NCBI GenBank assembly: GCA_029953675.1
Contig: JAMWBK010000011.1
Span: forward strand, 1,302,001-1,366,000
Direction: 5' to 3'
Length of the DNA stretch: 64,000 bases
Source: Rhodosorus marinus CCMP1338
Lineage: Eukaryota; Plantae; Rhodophyta
The position numbers and the translations under genes were made by a program. Numbering within the stretch: position 1 is the stretch's first letter; each line of letters opens with the position of its first letter. The notes below the pieces were generated by a model that worked only from the letters and a program-made list of their open reading frames with translations, had not been told where the DNA came from and did not search any database. Of this stretch, positions 36,680 through 47,249 are shown one piece after another.

Positions 36680-36899
36680 GATGCAGGTTCTTAAATCCCT
36701 CCCTGCAGCGCTTGTTGAACCTCTCCTCAACACCTCTCACCATCTGCTGTGCCCTCGATTGGCAAGCTTCAATCTTGATAACTGGTAAAAGAACCAGACC
36801 ACCTCGTGATCCGGAAACCGCCCTCAAGCAAGGGATGAGGTCGCTCCACCCCTGAAACGTGAACGTTTTGAGCATGGTCAGTATTGTCTCGTCTCAAGT

Positions 36900-38515
36900 A
36901 TGAGTGACAAGGTCGGTGAGCAAATAGTGGATGTGGAGACAGAGGACGGTCGGAATGAGTCGGAGTCGGACTCGACCAGACTTCGGAAGCGACCTCGTGC
37001 CCAGCCAAATTCGCCTCTAATCGTAATTGAATCGCGAGGGGTTAAGAAAGGACGTGATTCCCGACCTGAGTTTGGGTTTCAGCTGATGGATATTGAGGGC
37101 CTCCCGAGCATCAATACGTTCAAGCTGGATGAGCACATCCTCCCGAATGCTCAGCTGGCTGTTCTTTGCGACTACCAATTTGATTTGGAATGGCTATTCG
37201 GGGAACATCCGATCCTCCTCGGCGCGAGGAGGCTAGTGATAGTCCATGGGGACTCTGATTCGACAGCTGCTTCCAACCAAACTATAATTGACAACCTCGG
37301 TCTGGAGTCGAGGATAAAGATGCACAAGCCCTTTCTTCCAATTCCCTACGGGACTCATCATACCAAATTGATACTGTTCTTCTACGAGCAAGGACTGCGT
37401 GTAATCGTACACACAGCCAATATGGTTGCCTCGGATTGGAAAACGAAGACACAGGGCATGTACGTCCGTGATTTTCCCTTGATTTCATCGGAATCTTCCA
37501 TCGACTCGGAGTTTTCGCTTTATCTTCTCCGATACTTACAAAAACTGGGAACTCCGCTCGACGAAGCGCGGAAATTGCTTCCAAGGTACGACTGCTCGAA
37601 TGCTGGTGTGTCCCTGGTCGCTTCCGTCCCTGGACGACACACGGGACTTGACTTAGACAGGTACCGACGTAAAAAAAACAACAGGCTGCACCACAAATCG
37701 CTTGCAATATATATAGCGATTTCTTCCTCTCACACCTTTTGGTCCTGAACGGCAGGTTTGGGCATATGAGAGTACGAAACTTGCTATCAAAGGAGCAAAT
37801 GGACGTGGAAGCTGAAAACGCTCCTCTTGTCTGCCAGTACTCGAGTCTCGGATCGCTTCAAGAATCGTGGCTATTGCACGAGTTCAAGACGAGCCTTAGT
37901 TCACGCAAGGGCGGCGGAATCAGAGCAAATAGAGCCCCAATACAACTCGTGTGGCCAACTGTTGAACAGGTGCGCACGAGCCTGGCGGGCTACAGCTCTG
38001 GGGGCTCGCTTCCATGTCCGCAGAGAAACTTGAAACCGTTCTTGTCACCCCTGTTTCATCGATGGGACGGGTCGGCAAGCAACCGCACGGAAGCGATGCC
38101 GCACATAAAAACGTATCTCAGACACTCTGACGGGAAGCTTCACTTCTTCATGCTGACCTCCGCCAACCTGTCCGGCGCGGCTTGGGGGAAACTTGAAAAA
38201 GGTGGAAGTCAACTATTCGTACGCTCCTATGAGCTGGGTGTACTTTTCCTTCCCTCTTTCTACACGGAGTCATCGTTCTCCCTCTCCGCGAGCCGACCCT
38301 GCCGTGGATTGTCCGACGGCAAATACGAATTTTCCGTCGCGTTTGGGGAACATGCCGAGCGAGCCAAGCTCACATCTACGGAGAGAACGATAGTCCTCTT
38401 CCCTGTGGCACACAAACTGCCACCTTTGAAGTACACTCCATCAGATCGGCCCTGGTACTGGGATGGCGTATTCTCCAAACAGGACCGCTTCGGTATGAAA
38501 TGGCCAATGTACTAG
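36900..38515 (+). CDS. TDP1: Tyrosyl-DNA phosphodiesterase 1 (2 exons; intron 37661-37755)
   Basis: Two HKN-type motifs (GTHHTKL...HTAN; AMPHIKTY...SANLS.AAWG), 'LIASVPG', 'QYSSLGSL', 'RSYELGVLF'. Head-to-head with PPIH across ~220 bp. Confidence 0.93.
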
Positions 38516-38994
38516 CGACTGCAGCGTGTGCGAGTAAAAGCGAGCCATGTTGGAGGTGGGGGCCAACCTCCCAAGTATCCTCACGAAGGAAACAAGCCGA
38601 AAAAGATTTTTTCCGTTATTTCGACCAGCCAATGAAGTGTCAGTATCTCCTCTGCTCCAATTATGTAGTAGCACGCGTCTGATGACATATAAAAGTTTAT
38701 AATATATTAAGTACACTAGATTTTAATAAACATTATATATATATACAGGCGAATGAGAATGCAGGCCGTCTTCTGAGATGTCGTTGGGTACGGGAATTAC
38801 GCGGGTTTCTGCAGGTTTCACCACGCTTAGGAATTTAGGTCCAATTTGAGTTTGGGTTGATGCGACATCATGCGCTCGGGGTTTGCTGGCGGCTTTTACT
38901 CCGAGCTGAACGCGAGTCTATTCGGAGTAGATTGTTTGGCAGATGTACCCCAGATATATTAGCAGTGACTTTTTTCTCGGAATTTGATGGTCAC

Positions 38995-39609
38995 ATGGGT
39001 TTCGTGGTCAGCGGAGTATCAGCAAGTAGCCGATCCAGGAGCCGGTTAAATGCTCACGGCAGGAATGGGAGTGGAAGAAGGGGGCGGTCAGATGACGACA
39101 TATGCAAGGTAACTGGTTGTATTGAGGAAATCCGGTCGGAGTTGCACCTTTACTCGACCCTGACCGCTGCTCCAGTCAAGAAGAAGCGGCATCCACGGAG
39201 CACAGGACGGTTGGTAGAGGAGGCACAGTTGACAGTGCTTGCGACATACTCTCCTGCTTCTCTTTCCTACCAGCGGGTGAAGTCTGAGTTTTTTAATATA
39301 TGTCAACGCCATCCAGATGTGAAATTCCTCATGATTGAGGCCGAAAAGTTTCCGGTAAGAACATGAAGTCATGCACCATACGTGAATGCTCTCGGGGCTC
39401 TTCGCGGTAGATCTGGAAGTCAACGGGGCCCGGCTTCTCACGGTTAATAGGAATTAACGCCCTAAAACTACCGCTAGGAAATAGTACGGAAACAACTTCA
39501 TGTTCGAAGCGTGCCCACTTTCATCCTGTTTCGAAATGGTGAGCGCATCGACCATTTTGATGCTCGCGACAGAAAGACTATGGAGCAAATTATAGAAGAC
39601 AACAGCTGA
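38995..39609 (+). CDS. Thioredoxin-fold protein lacking the CxxC motif (2 exons)
   Basis: C-terminal Trx signature 'HPDVKFLMIE...VRSVPTFILFRNGERID'; 'YSPASLSY' occupies the active-site position; MGFVVSG transit-like N-terminus. Confidence 0.7.
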
Positions 39610-39652
39610 ATATGGCCAACGTCGGCGGAAGAAGGTAAAAGGGAAACTGGGT

Positions 39653-40686
39653 TCAGCGCTTCTTCGCTCGTTGACCCTGCTTGGAACTTTTGCGCCCTCT
39701 GGTTGAACTATGTTTTCCTTTCGCTAAACCTTGTCTCCCTTTCTTCACTGTCTTTCTGACATCAGGCTTGACGTCGCTCTCCTTTTTCTGTGCTCTCTCC
39801 ATAGGGATTCTCGGGGCAATGCTTGACTCCATCTGCTCGACAGTAACTCTCACCTTACCTCCCTCATGATTCTCATACATTCTCTCATCTGAGCGTATGA
39901 AATTGACATGGTATGAGGTCACAACTTGGAATGCAGTTTTGTGCAAAGTGTTTTGTACATAGCCGTGCCCAGGAAAGATGCATACTATAAACACAACTCT
40001 AGGAAACACCGTTGACCCCGTGAGAACGAGCGCTATTTGCTCACCTGTAGCGAGGTTGTCCTTTTCTCTCGAGCCCTCTTCTGAGCGCCTATCATCATCA
40101 GCAAAATCTGCGCCAGTACAGTGCCCACAATTTTAATTAGTCGGCTTTGAGTGACCCGCGCCATAGGGTAAAATTTTTTACAACCAAGGCAGCTATGAGA
40201 GTCTCTGGGAACGTTCTATTACCATGAATGCCGCGAGCTTGCCTCATTTTCTTGAACAATTGGCGCTTCTCCTTCCGCTTTTCAATCCTGTCCTTTCTGG
40301 CTTGTTCCGCAAGCTCGTCCTCAGCTCGTCGACGACGTTCATCCTGCAAATGAGTAATCTCTTGAGCTAAGTTTCAAAAGGGCAACGGTCACGCGCTAGT
40401 AGCGACCCGTGAGAAAAGAGGAACTCTCGTTCGCCGAATCCTACCTTCCGTCGCTTGAAACCCGTAACAAATTCTCGGTGGTCAGCTGCGTCGTACACGA
40501 CCTCCTACAAATCGATGAGGAGCGGAGAGCCACGATGTCGAGAGAAAGCTTAGACGACATTCAATCAAATTGTGCCTTGCAGAGGAAGTTCCAATTCTTT
40601 TCGCCGTATCATCGCACCTCAGGCCGAGCGGCAAATTTTCTGCTGACCTTCCCGCGGCGACTGAGTTGTTTGCGGTCGCCTCTCAT
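39653..40686 (-). CDS. NOL12: Nucleolar protein 12 / Rrp17 (multi-exon)
   Basis: Spliced N-terminus MRGDRKQLSRRGKVSRKFAARPE|EVVYDAADHREFVTGFKRRK|DERRRRAEDEL fits the Rrp17 pattern 'EV.FD...R.EYLTGFHKRK.ERR'; basic C-terminus. Confidence 0.8.
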
Positions 40687-40699
40687 AGTTAATTTTCCT

Positions 40700-42277
40700 C
40701 TACAGTTTAGCAGTTAGCGATCGCCGGATCTCATCCTTCAAGACTTTCCCGTTCGTGTTCCTCGGCAGTGACCAGATTGAAAAAAATTGTCTGGGAACCT
40801 TATAATGAGAAAGTCGTTCCCTGAGGAACGAACGTAATTCCTCTTCCCAGCCAGTTCTGGCACCTGATCTTAGTACAACCGCAGCACAGACAATTTCACC
40901 GTATCTGGCGTGAGGCAGACCAAGGACTGCGCACTCCGCTACGATGGGGTGTTCTGCAAGTTCCCTTTCCACTTCTACAGCATATACGTTCTCTCCCGCA
41001 GTCTTGATCATATCCTTCTTCCTCCCCCGCAGGATTAAGCTACCGCTGTCGCTGATTAAACCCAAATCCCCGGTCAGAAACCACCCATCCTGAAGCACCC
41101 CCTGTGATTCCCTGGGACGTCCCATGTAACCTTGCATCACGTGTGGACCTTTCGTAGCAATTTCCCCGGTTGATCCTTGGTCCTGGTTTCGAGATTCATT
41201 TCCATAGACAATTGAAAGTCGAACGTGTGAGGGAGGCCGTCCAACGTCGCCCGAATCGTCGCGGTCACGCGCGGTGACGTCCGCAAACGTGATGCTTGAC
41301 GCCGTCTCGGTCATACCATAGGCGACAATAATTGCGGCTGCGGGAAAAACTGAAAGGACTTGGGTTTTCAGCTGTGGGTCCAGTGCGCCACCACCAACGA
41401 GAATTTTTGACACTGTGTCGAAGGAAGACACCTTCGCAGATGTATTGAAGGCCTTGTCGACGATGTTCCCGAGCATAGTTGGAACTGCCGCAAACGCTGT
41501 AACCTTAAATTTGTTGATCAGGCGCATCACCCGAGCTGCTGAAAATGCGTGGGAGTCGTCGACAATATGCGTGCCTCCAGCGATTAACACAGCCACAGCC
41601 GAACTGGCGCCGCCGACGTGAAACAGTGGAACCAGGTGTAGATAGACTGTGTTGATGTTGTATCCGACGTGTTCAAGCTTGGCGGCTCCTTGGACAAAGA
41701 AGCTCTCATTGGAAATGATCGCTCCTTTGGACCGACCAGTAGTACCGCTTGTAAAGAAAATCCCGCATGGAGTCTGTGAACCATTTGCCTTGGTTTCAAT
41801 ACTACCTCCTGAACCCTGCTCAGGATACGTTGCCGTGTCCGCACGGACTACTTCTATCCGGTGCCCATATTTCGATCTTATCGCATCCACGATACCTTCA
41901 TAGACGGGATCGTACACAAGCGCTATGGGCCGTGTGTCTTCCAATGCGTTTATCATTTCTCGTGTACTCCAACGGGTGTTTAGCGGTACTTGCGTTAGAT
42001 TTAGCTGCGACACAGCACACATCCACAGAATTGGGAGGTCTCCACCCAAAAGAAGCGTTGCCACACATCCCAGCTGCTCTGCGTTGGGTTTCACTGGGTA
42101 TATCAATCGTGACATCCCGTTGACCCTCCGACGAATGTCCTCATAGCTCTGAAAACCACGCTCCGAGCGAATTCCTCTTAATTTCGCTGTTCTAGAATGT
42201 TCAGAAACAATCCGCAACTGCTGAAATACTGTCCATTCGCAATCGCGCCCGTTTTCATCCCGAATTGGGTGTCCCAT
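40700..42277 (-). CDS. menE: AMP-dependent acyl-CoA ligase, o-succinylbenzoate-CoA ligase (MenE/AAE14)-like, 525 aa, intronless, with PTS1
   Basis: FTSGTTGRSKG, 'AKLEHVGY...VYLHLVPLFHVGGASSAVAVL.AGG.H' (AAE14-like), AYGMTETASS, TGDLG, GRKKDMIKTAGENVY; ends in -AKL. Confidence 0.82.
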   Translation of the reverse strand: MGHPIRDENGRDCEWTVFQQLRIVSEHSRTAKLRGIRSERGFQSYEDIRRRVNGMSRLIYPVKPNAEQLGCVATLLLGGDLPILWMCAVSQLNLTQVPLNTRWSTREMINALEDTRPIALVYDPVYEGIVDAIRSKYGHRIEVVRADTATYPEQGSGGSIETKANGSQTPCGIFFTSGTTGRSKGAIISNESFFVQGAAKLEHVGYNINTVYLHLVPLFHVGGASSAVAVLIAGGTHIVDDSHAFSAARVMRLINKFKVTAFAAVPTMLGNIVDKAFNTSAKVSSFDTVSKILVGGGALDPQLKTQVLSVFPAAAIIVAYGMTETASSITFADVTARDRDDSGDVGRPPSHVRLSIVYGNESRNQDQGSTGEIATKGPHVMQGYMGRPRESQGVLQDGWFLTGDLGLISDSGSLILRGRKKDMIKTAGENVYAVEVERELAEHPIVAECAVLGLPHARYGEIVCAAVVLRSGARTGWEEELRSFLRERLSHYKVPRQFFSIWSLPRNTNGKVLKDEIRRSLTAKL

Positions 42278-42785
42278 CCTCTCACATCGAACCCCTCTAC
42301 ATAGCCTCCAAACTCATCATAAACCTCACCTATAACGAGTCAACATGCTCCTCAGTAAAGACGGTACTGCGGATACTAACAAATCAAGTCTACTGCTTTA
42401 TAAAAACAAGATACTATTCTCAATAGATGATGCAACCCGCTGAGCGCCCAAGCCGGAGAGGAGCTGCTCACCAGCTTCATTTTCAAGCCTGCAAAACAAA
42501 TTGCTGCATTGAAACAGCCCGTCTGACACCTGAGAAAATCGACCAAGTCATCTACGGGGTTCCAAATCTCAGAAATCTGTCTTAAGCGTCTATTCGACAT
42601 TTCGTGGGGTTATATCTAAATGTGCGTGGGGTGTTGTCAGCCCCGTAGCAATTGTTACCGCTATTCGATTCGCGATTTACGCGAATTGGCCAATGTTCCA
42701 TAGTGATCGTTGGCCATGTATTGTTTTCGGATATTCGTAGTTGTGTGTCAGCCGATGACATGAGATCTAGGAATTTGAGTTTGGA

Positions 42786-42807
42786 GGTTACGTTAGTCTG
42801 CGGTTAC
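42786..42807 (+). repeat. Isolated copy of the 16-mer associated with the CRE elements, with terminal redundancy (GGTTAC-GTTAGTCTGC-GGTTAC)
   Basis: 42788-42803 'ttacgttagtctgcgg' is a 15/16 match to TTACGTTAGTCTGGGG at 57956-57971 (minus strand). Confidence 0.7.
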
Positions 42808-42939
42808 CCCGCGCGAAGAAATCCTGCGGGGCAGAACTTTGGGAGGGAGAAGGGTAGACTGTTGCTCTCAGGAGATAAGCAGTGGAGCTCGTGTGATTTT
42901 GGGTTGTGAGGAACGTGTCTAAGCTTGGAGCTCTTCAGC

Positions 42940-44723
42940 ATGAGTCGAGTTCAGGGGAGTTTTCAGGTGGGACTAAGCCGTCGAGGTGTTGGATTACGTT
43001 TGTGCAATGCGCGTACACTTCGTGGTTGACGTATCGTTCCAATATTGTGAAATTAAAGGAAAAAGCCAGGGCTCGAGTTGAGGTATCTGGTCTGAGAAGG
43101 TGCCCTTCTTTTAGAAAGGGAACCTCAATTGATTGGAGAGAGTCCACACGTGAATGCTGTCAAGGCTCAACTCAAGCCGGGAGTTAATGTCGATGTCAGT
43201 TGGGTAGCGCGGGAGCTTGAAAACTTGGTGCTGAGCTTTGCAATGATCAGAGAAGGAGAAATAGCTATCCCAAAGTCCTCGGTACGTAATAGACCTCCCA
43301 CCGTACTAATATACATTGCTGAATGGATTCTGAAATTGATGATGACAAATTCTGGAGGAGTTGAGCACATACCTTGAAGAAGCTGTCCTTTCTTGGATGG
43401 AGCCAGAGAAAGTTGTTGCTCAGGAGCTCATGTTTTGGCAAGTAGCACTGCACATTCATACATATATCCTAAAGGATGATGTTCAAACAGGTAGTGCCAA
43501 AAAAAAGAAGTGTTGTATCCCCGTTGGATTTGATTCTAAGAGTTCGTCAAACGCTAATAATCCTCAGATGATGCTTGCGGTGATGATGAGGTTGCTGGTT
43601 TCAGTATGTGGACACTTCCATCGAAAAACTTCCGAGGTAGGAGCGCGTTCGTCAAATCGCCCGGTACACGTTTTCTCTAAAGTTGTTCGAGTCAACAACT
43701 TGATACCAGGTATTTGGGAGAGTTTGATTTTGGAACAGGACATTAAGAACGATCTCGTCAGATACTGTCTAGCGGCCCTCGTATTCTCCAAAATGGACGT
43801 AAACACGAACCTGGTCAGTTGTAACAGGCTGATCCTTCTGCACGGCCCTCCAGGGACAGGGAAGACCTCTTTATGCAAAGCTATGTCGCAAAAGCTGTCA
43901 ATTCAACTGCAAGATGAGTACGCACATGCACTGTTATTCGAGGTCCACACACAAGGATTATTCTCCAAGTTCTTTTCAGAGTCCGCCAAACTCGTGGGGA
44001 AGACCTTCTCGAGGTAAACACGCCTAGTGGTGAGGTTTGAGTAGTTTCCATACTCTGATGACCTTCGGCGTACTTACCCTCAGAATCCAGTCCTGCGCCG
44101 CGGATCAGACTACGCTCGTATTCGTTCTCATAGACGAAGTGGAATCCCTGACTTCGTCACGTGAAGCAGCGCTGTCGGGGTCCGAGCCCAGCGATGCGGT
44201 TAGGGTCGTGAACGCCGTCCTCACTCAAGTAGATGCCCTGCGAAGATTCCCAAACGTATTCATGATGACGACGTCCAACATCACGGGAGCGATTGATACG
44301 GCTTTTGTGGACCGCGCTGACATAAAACAGGTGAGAGACCAACCCAATGCTTCCATCCAGATGAAAAAACTCAACGCCGTTATCCACCAGTTCATTGGAC
44401 CCCCGTCAAAGCTTGCGAGAAGAAGCATTTTGTCCGGAGCTCTCGCTGAGCTGGCAAGGGCTCAAATAATTGATGACTTCTTCCCTGAAAAAGGGACGAA
44501 GGAACTTGATCGGCTCGCGGAGGCGACAAACGGCTTTAGTGGAAGGCTGCTTAGAAAGCTCCCGTTCCTCACCTTCTCCAAGTTTGCGTCTGCGTATGAT
44601 AAGCGGCCGATACCCAGTATCCAGTTTCTCTCTGAAATGGCTGGCGTTGCCGAGACAGAAAGGACTGTGCGTGGTGAGCTCGCTTCAGTCGAACAAAAGC
44701 TACGGGATAGCCGGGGATGCTAG
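42940..44723 (+). CDS. PCH2: Pachytene checkpoint 2 / TRIP13 AAA+ ATPase (multi-exon; 5' exons uncertain)
   Basis: NRLILLHGPPGTGKTSLCKA.SQKL, LFSKFFSESAKLV, VFVLIDEVESL, SEPSDAVRVVNAVLTQ.D, TSNIT.AID.AFVDRADIKQ. Confidence 0.9.
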
Positions 44724-44924
44724 GCATTTGGGTCAGTACGACGCTAATAGCTGTTGGGAAGCCATCGCTTGGCAACGATGATGTATCGTACTTGGTTCCG
44801 CCGCGACATGTGTGCTTCGCATCGAATAGAGTGTTGCAAATCAAACTTTGTAGAACGGTGACGGGGTGTTGCGAACTGTTCCTAGGTTTTGCGTGTATGA
44901 CCTGATGTTCTTCCGTTGAATAAA

Positions 44925-46895
44925 ATGTCTGGGGAGGGGTTGCTTCCACTGGATAAGGATGGATTTCGGACCAAGCAGTATTGGGAAAGGTTCTTTAAAA
45001 AGCGCACGAGCGCTTTTGAATGGTATGGAGGATGGAACGAACTGCGGCCCTTTCTGAGAAACGAAATCGGTAATGAAGATAAGGTCTTGATTGTTGGATG
45101 TGGCAACTCCGACCTCAGCGCCAACCTGTACGATACTGGGGTCCATGGAATCACAAACATCGACTTCAGCGAGCGAGTGATCAAGGACATGCGACGAAAA
45201 TGTCGCAAGCGGACTGGCATGTCGTGGGAGGTCATGGACATGACTTGCATGCGCTTTGAAAGCGGTGTCTTCAATGTCGTTGTTGACAAAGGTGCTCTTG
45301 ACGCTCTTGCATCCAGTGATTCCGATTTGGTATTTAAAGACGTTAACAAATTCTTTGATGAGGTGAAGAGAGTTCTACAGGCCGGTGGCAAGTACATCTG
45401 CATGTCTCTTGGAGAGGACTACCTCCTCAAATGGCTGCTAGAAGGATTCCCGATGAGTGGGGGATTTCTCACCGAGATTTCGACGTCAGCACATTCGTCC
45501 AAACGGAGCGAATACTTTCCGCTTGTCATAGCGATTGCCAAGCAGGCGATGAAGCTTCCGCGGGTGTTCTTCAACGCAAAGTTTTCCTTTGATCAAACTG
45601 GGAAAGCTCTCAACGAAACTACCCGCAAAGAGCGGAAGAAGATGGTTGTTGCGGGCCCAACGACGGATCCGATTGTTGCGCACGTCAACGGAGCCCGAAC
45701 CGCTCACCGGATCCGATCATCTCTCGGTGCTATAACCCCTGGTCGGCTGGAGGAGTACGAGCTCCGGGACCGTGACGCACGGGTGAGGTTTTCGTTGACG
45801 GTACTCGATGTACAATCGCGTGAAGCCGTACCTTGTGGAGTCTTCATCGTACCTCACGGTCGAGAGCGAGACTGGATGTTTCAAAACGGCGAGGGTATGC
45901 AGGAACTGGCCGGAAACTGTAATGTGCAGAGGCTGATCGTTGTCAAGATGATGCCGGGCTGCGATTTTATAGGCTTGAACGAAGTGAAGGACGAAATATC
46001 TGCCACAGTCGCCAACTTTGCCCCCAGTGGGTCTAGGAACGAGCGAATTCCAATCATGTCCTTGGGCAGCTCGCTAGGTTCCAGAAAAGAAGTGTACAGA
46101 GGGGATCTTTTGGGTGGTATGGGTGAGTTTCTGGTAGAGGAGGTGGAGGTCGACGAGTCACAGTATAGACGGCTCGTGTTTCTGAACAATCCAAGCGTGA
46201 TCCAGAGCGAGGCCCGACTTGCGCAAGACGGGTCAGTGGATTCGAAGCATCTATGTTTTGAATATCACCAAGCTATGTTATCCGGAGTAGCCAGCTTAAA
46301 AGCGCGAATAGAGCGAGCGCTTGTCGTCGGGCTTGGAGGAGGTGCACTCGCGGGCGCATTTGGTCACTACTTTCCGAATTGTTCCGTTGAAGTCGTTGAA
46401 TTGGACGAGCAGGTCGTAGGAATGGCGCGAACGTATTTTGAGTTGAAAGAATCAGAACGACTGAAGGTGAGCATTGGGGACGGACTTGAGGCGGTAGCGT
46501 CGACTTCAGACCTTTTCGATGTGATTGTGATCGACGTGGACAACAAGGATACTTCAATAGGGATGAGCTGTCCACCGCCTGCTTTCGTGAGTGTTGAGTT
46601 TTTGAAAGAACTTCGGAATAAATTGACACCGGATGAAGGCTTGATGGTGATCAATGTGGCAACGAGGTCCAAGGATGCTCTCGATTCCGCTCTGGAGAAC
46701 ATCGGTCGAGTTTTCGAGAAGGACCTGTTGTTCAAGCTCAAACCGTCGGTGGATGATGTGAACATAGTTCTTTTTGCAGGGCGTGGGAATACGAAGCCGA
46801 AGGCTGTGCCGAGTGTGTTGAGAGAGGCAATAGGTGTAAAAGCGTGGGAAGACACGATTGCTATGGTGGAAGACCTAGAATCGATGACACTGTGA
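44925..46895 (+). CDS. METTL13: Dual eEF1A lysine/N-terminal methyltransferase METTL13 (intronless)
   Basis: N-terminal MTase (F...YWERFF, FEWYG, VLIVGCGNS, DKGALDAL) and C-terminal spermidine-synthase-like MTase (RRLVF...IQSEA, VVGLGGG.L, VIDVDNKD..GMSCPP). Confidence 0.92.
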   Translation: MSGEGLLPLDKDGFRTKQYWERFFKKRTSAFEWYGGWNELRPFLRNEIGNEDKVLIVGCGNSDLSANLYDTGVHGITNIDFSERVIKDMRRKCRKRTGMSWEVMDMTCMRFESGVFNVVVDKGALDALASSDSDLVFKDVNKFFDEVKRVLQAGGKYICMSLGEDYLLKWLLEGFPMSGGFLTEISTSAHSSKRSEYFPLVIAIAKQAMKLPRVFFNAKFSFDQTGKALNETTRKERKKMVVAGPTTDPIVAHVNGARTAHRIRSSLGAITPGRLEEYELRDRDARVRFSLTVLDVQSREAVPCGVFIVPHGRERDWMFQNGEGMQELAGNCNVQRLIVVKMMPGCDFIGLNEVKDEISATVANFAPSGSRNERIPIMSLGSSLGSRKEVYRGDLLGGMGEFLVEEVEVDESQYRRLVFLNNPSVIQSEARLAQDGSVDSKHLCFEYHQAMLSGVASLKARIERALVVGLGGGALAGAFGHYFPNCSVEVVELDEQVVGMARTYFELKESERLKVSIGDGLEAVASTSDLFDVIVIDVDNKDTSIGMSCPPPAFVSVEFLKELRNKLTPDEGLMVINVATRSKDALDSALENIGRVFEKDLLFKLKPSVDDVNIVLFAGRGNTKPKAVPSVLREAIGVKAWEDTIAMVEDLESMTL

Positions 46896-47249
46896 CGAAA
46901 AGTCAATCTCCTAACGGATTGTAGAACAAACGACTGGTCTCTAATACGACGACGTGTAAAGAACGGGGCCAGATTGTGATGTGAGGGCTATCACGAGGCC
47001 AGTTCACTTTTCTTCTCGATTCATGTGCTCCTTCGGCGTACATATTTTATTCATTTCGAGTTGAGTCCTAGGAGCGCAGTACGTTTGGGGCTGTTAGTTG
47101 AGTCTGCATCAATAGGTTAGTTGAGAAGCCCTTCTGAGAAACGCTCGCCTCCCGTGATTTGGTTAGGGGACTGTTCCGAAGACACGCGGGCAGATGAAAA
47201 TCGTTACAGCCTGACCGCACAAAGCGGTTGCTCGAGCTGAGGGGCTCAG

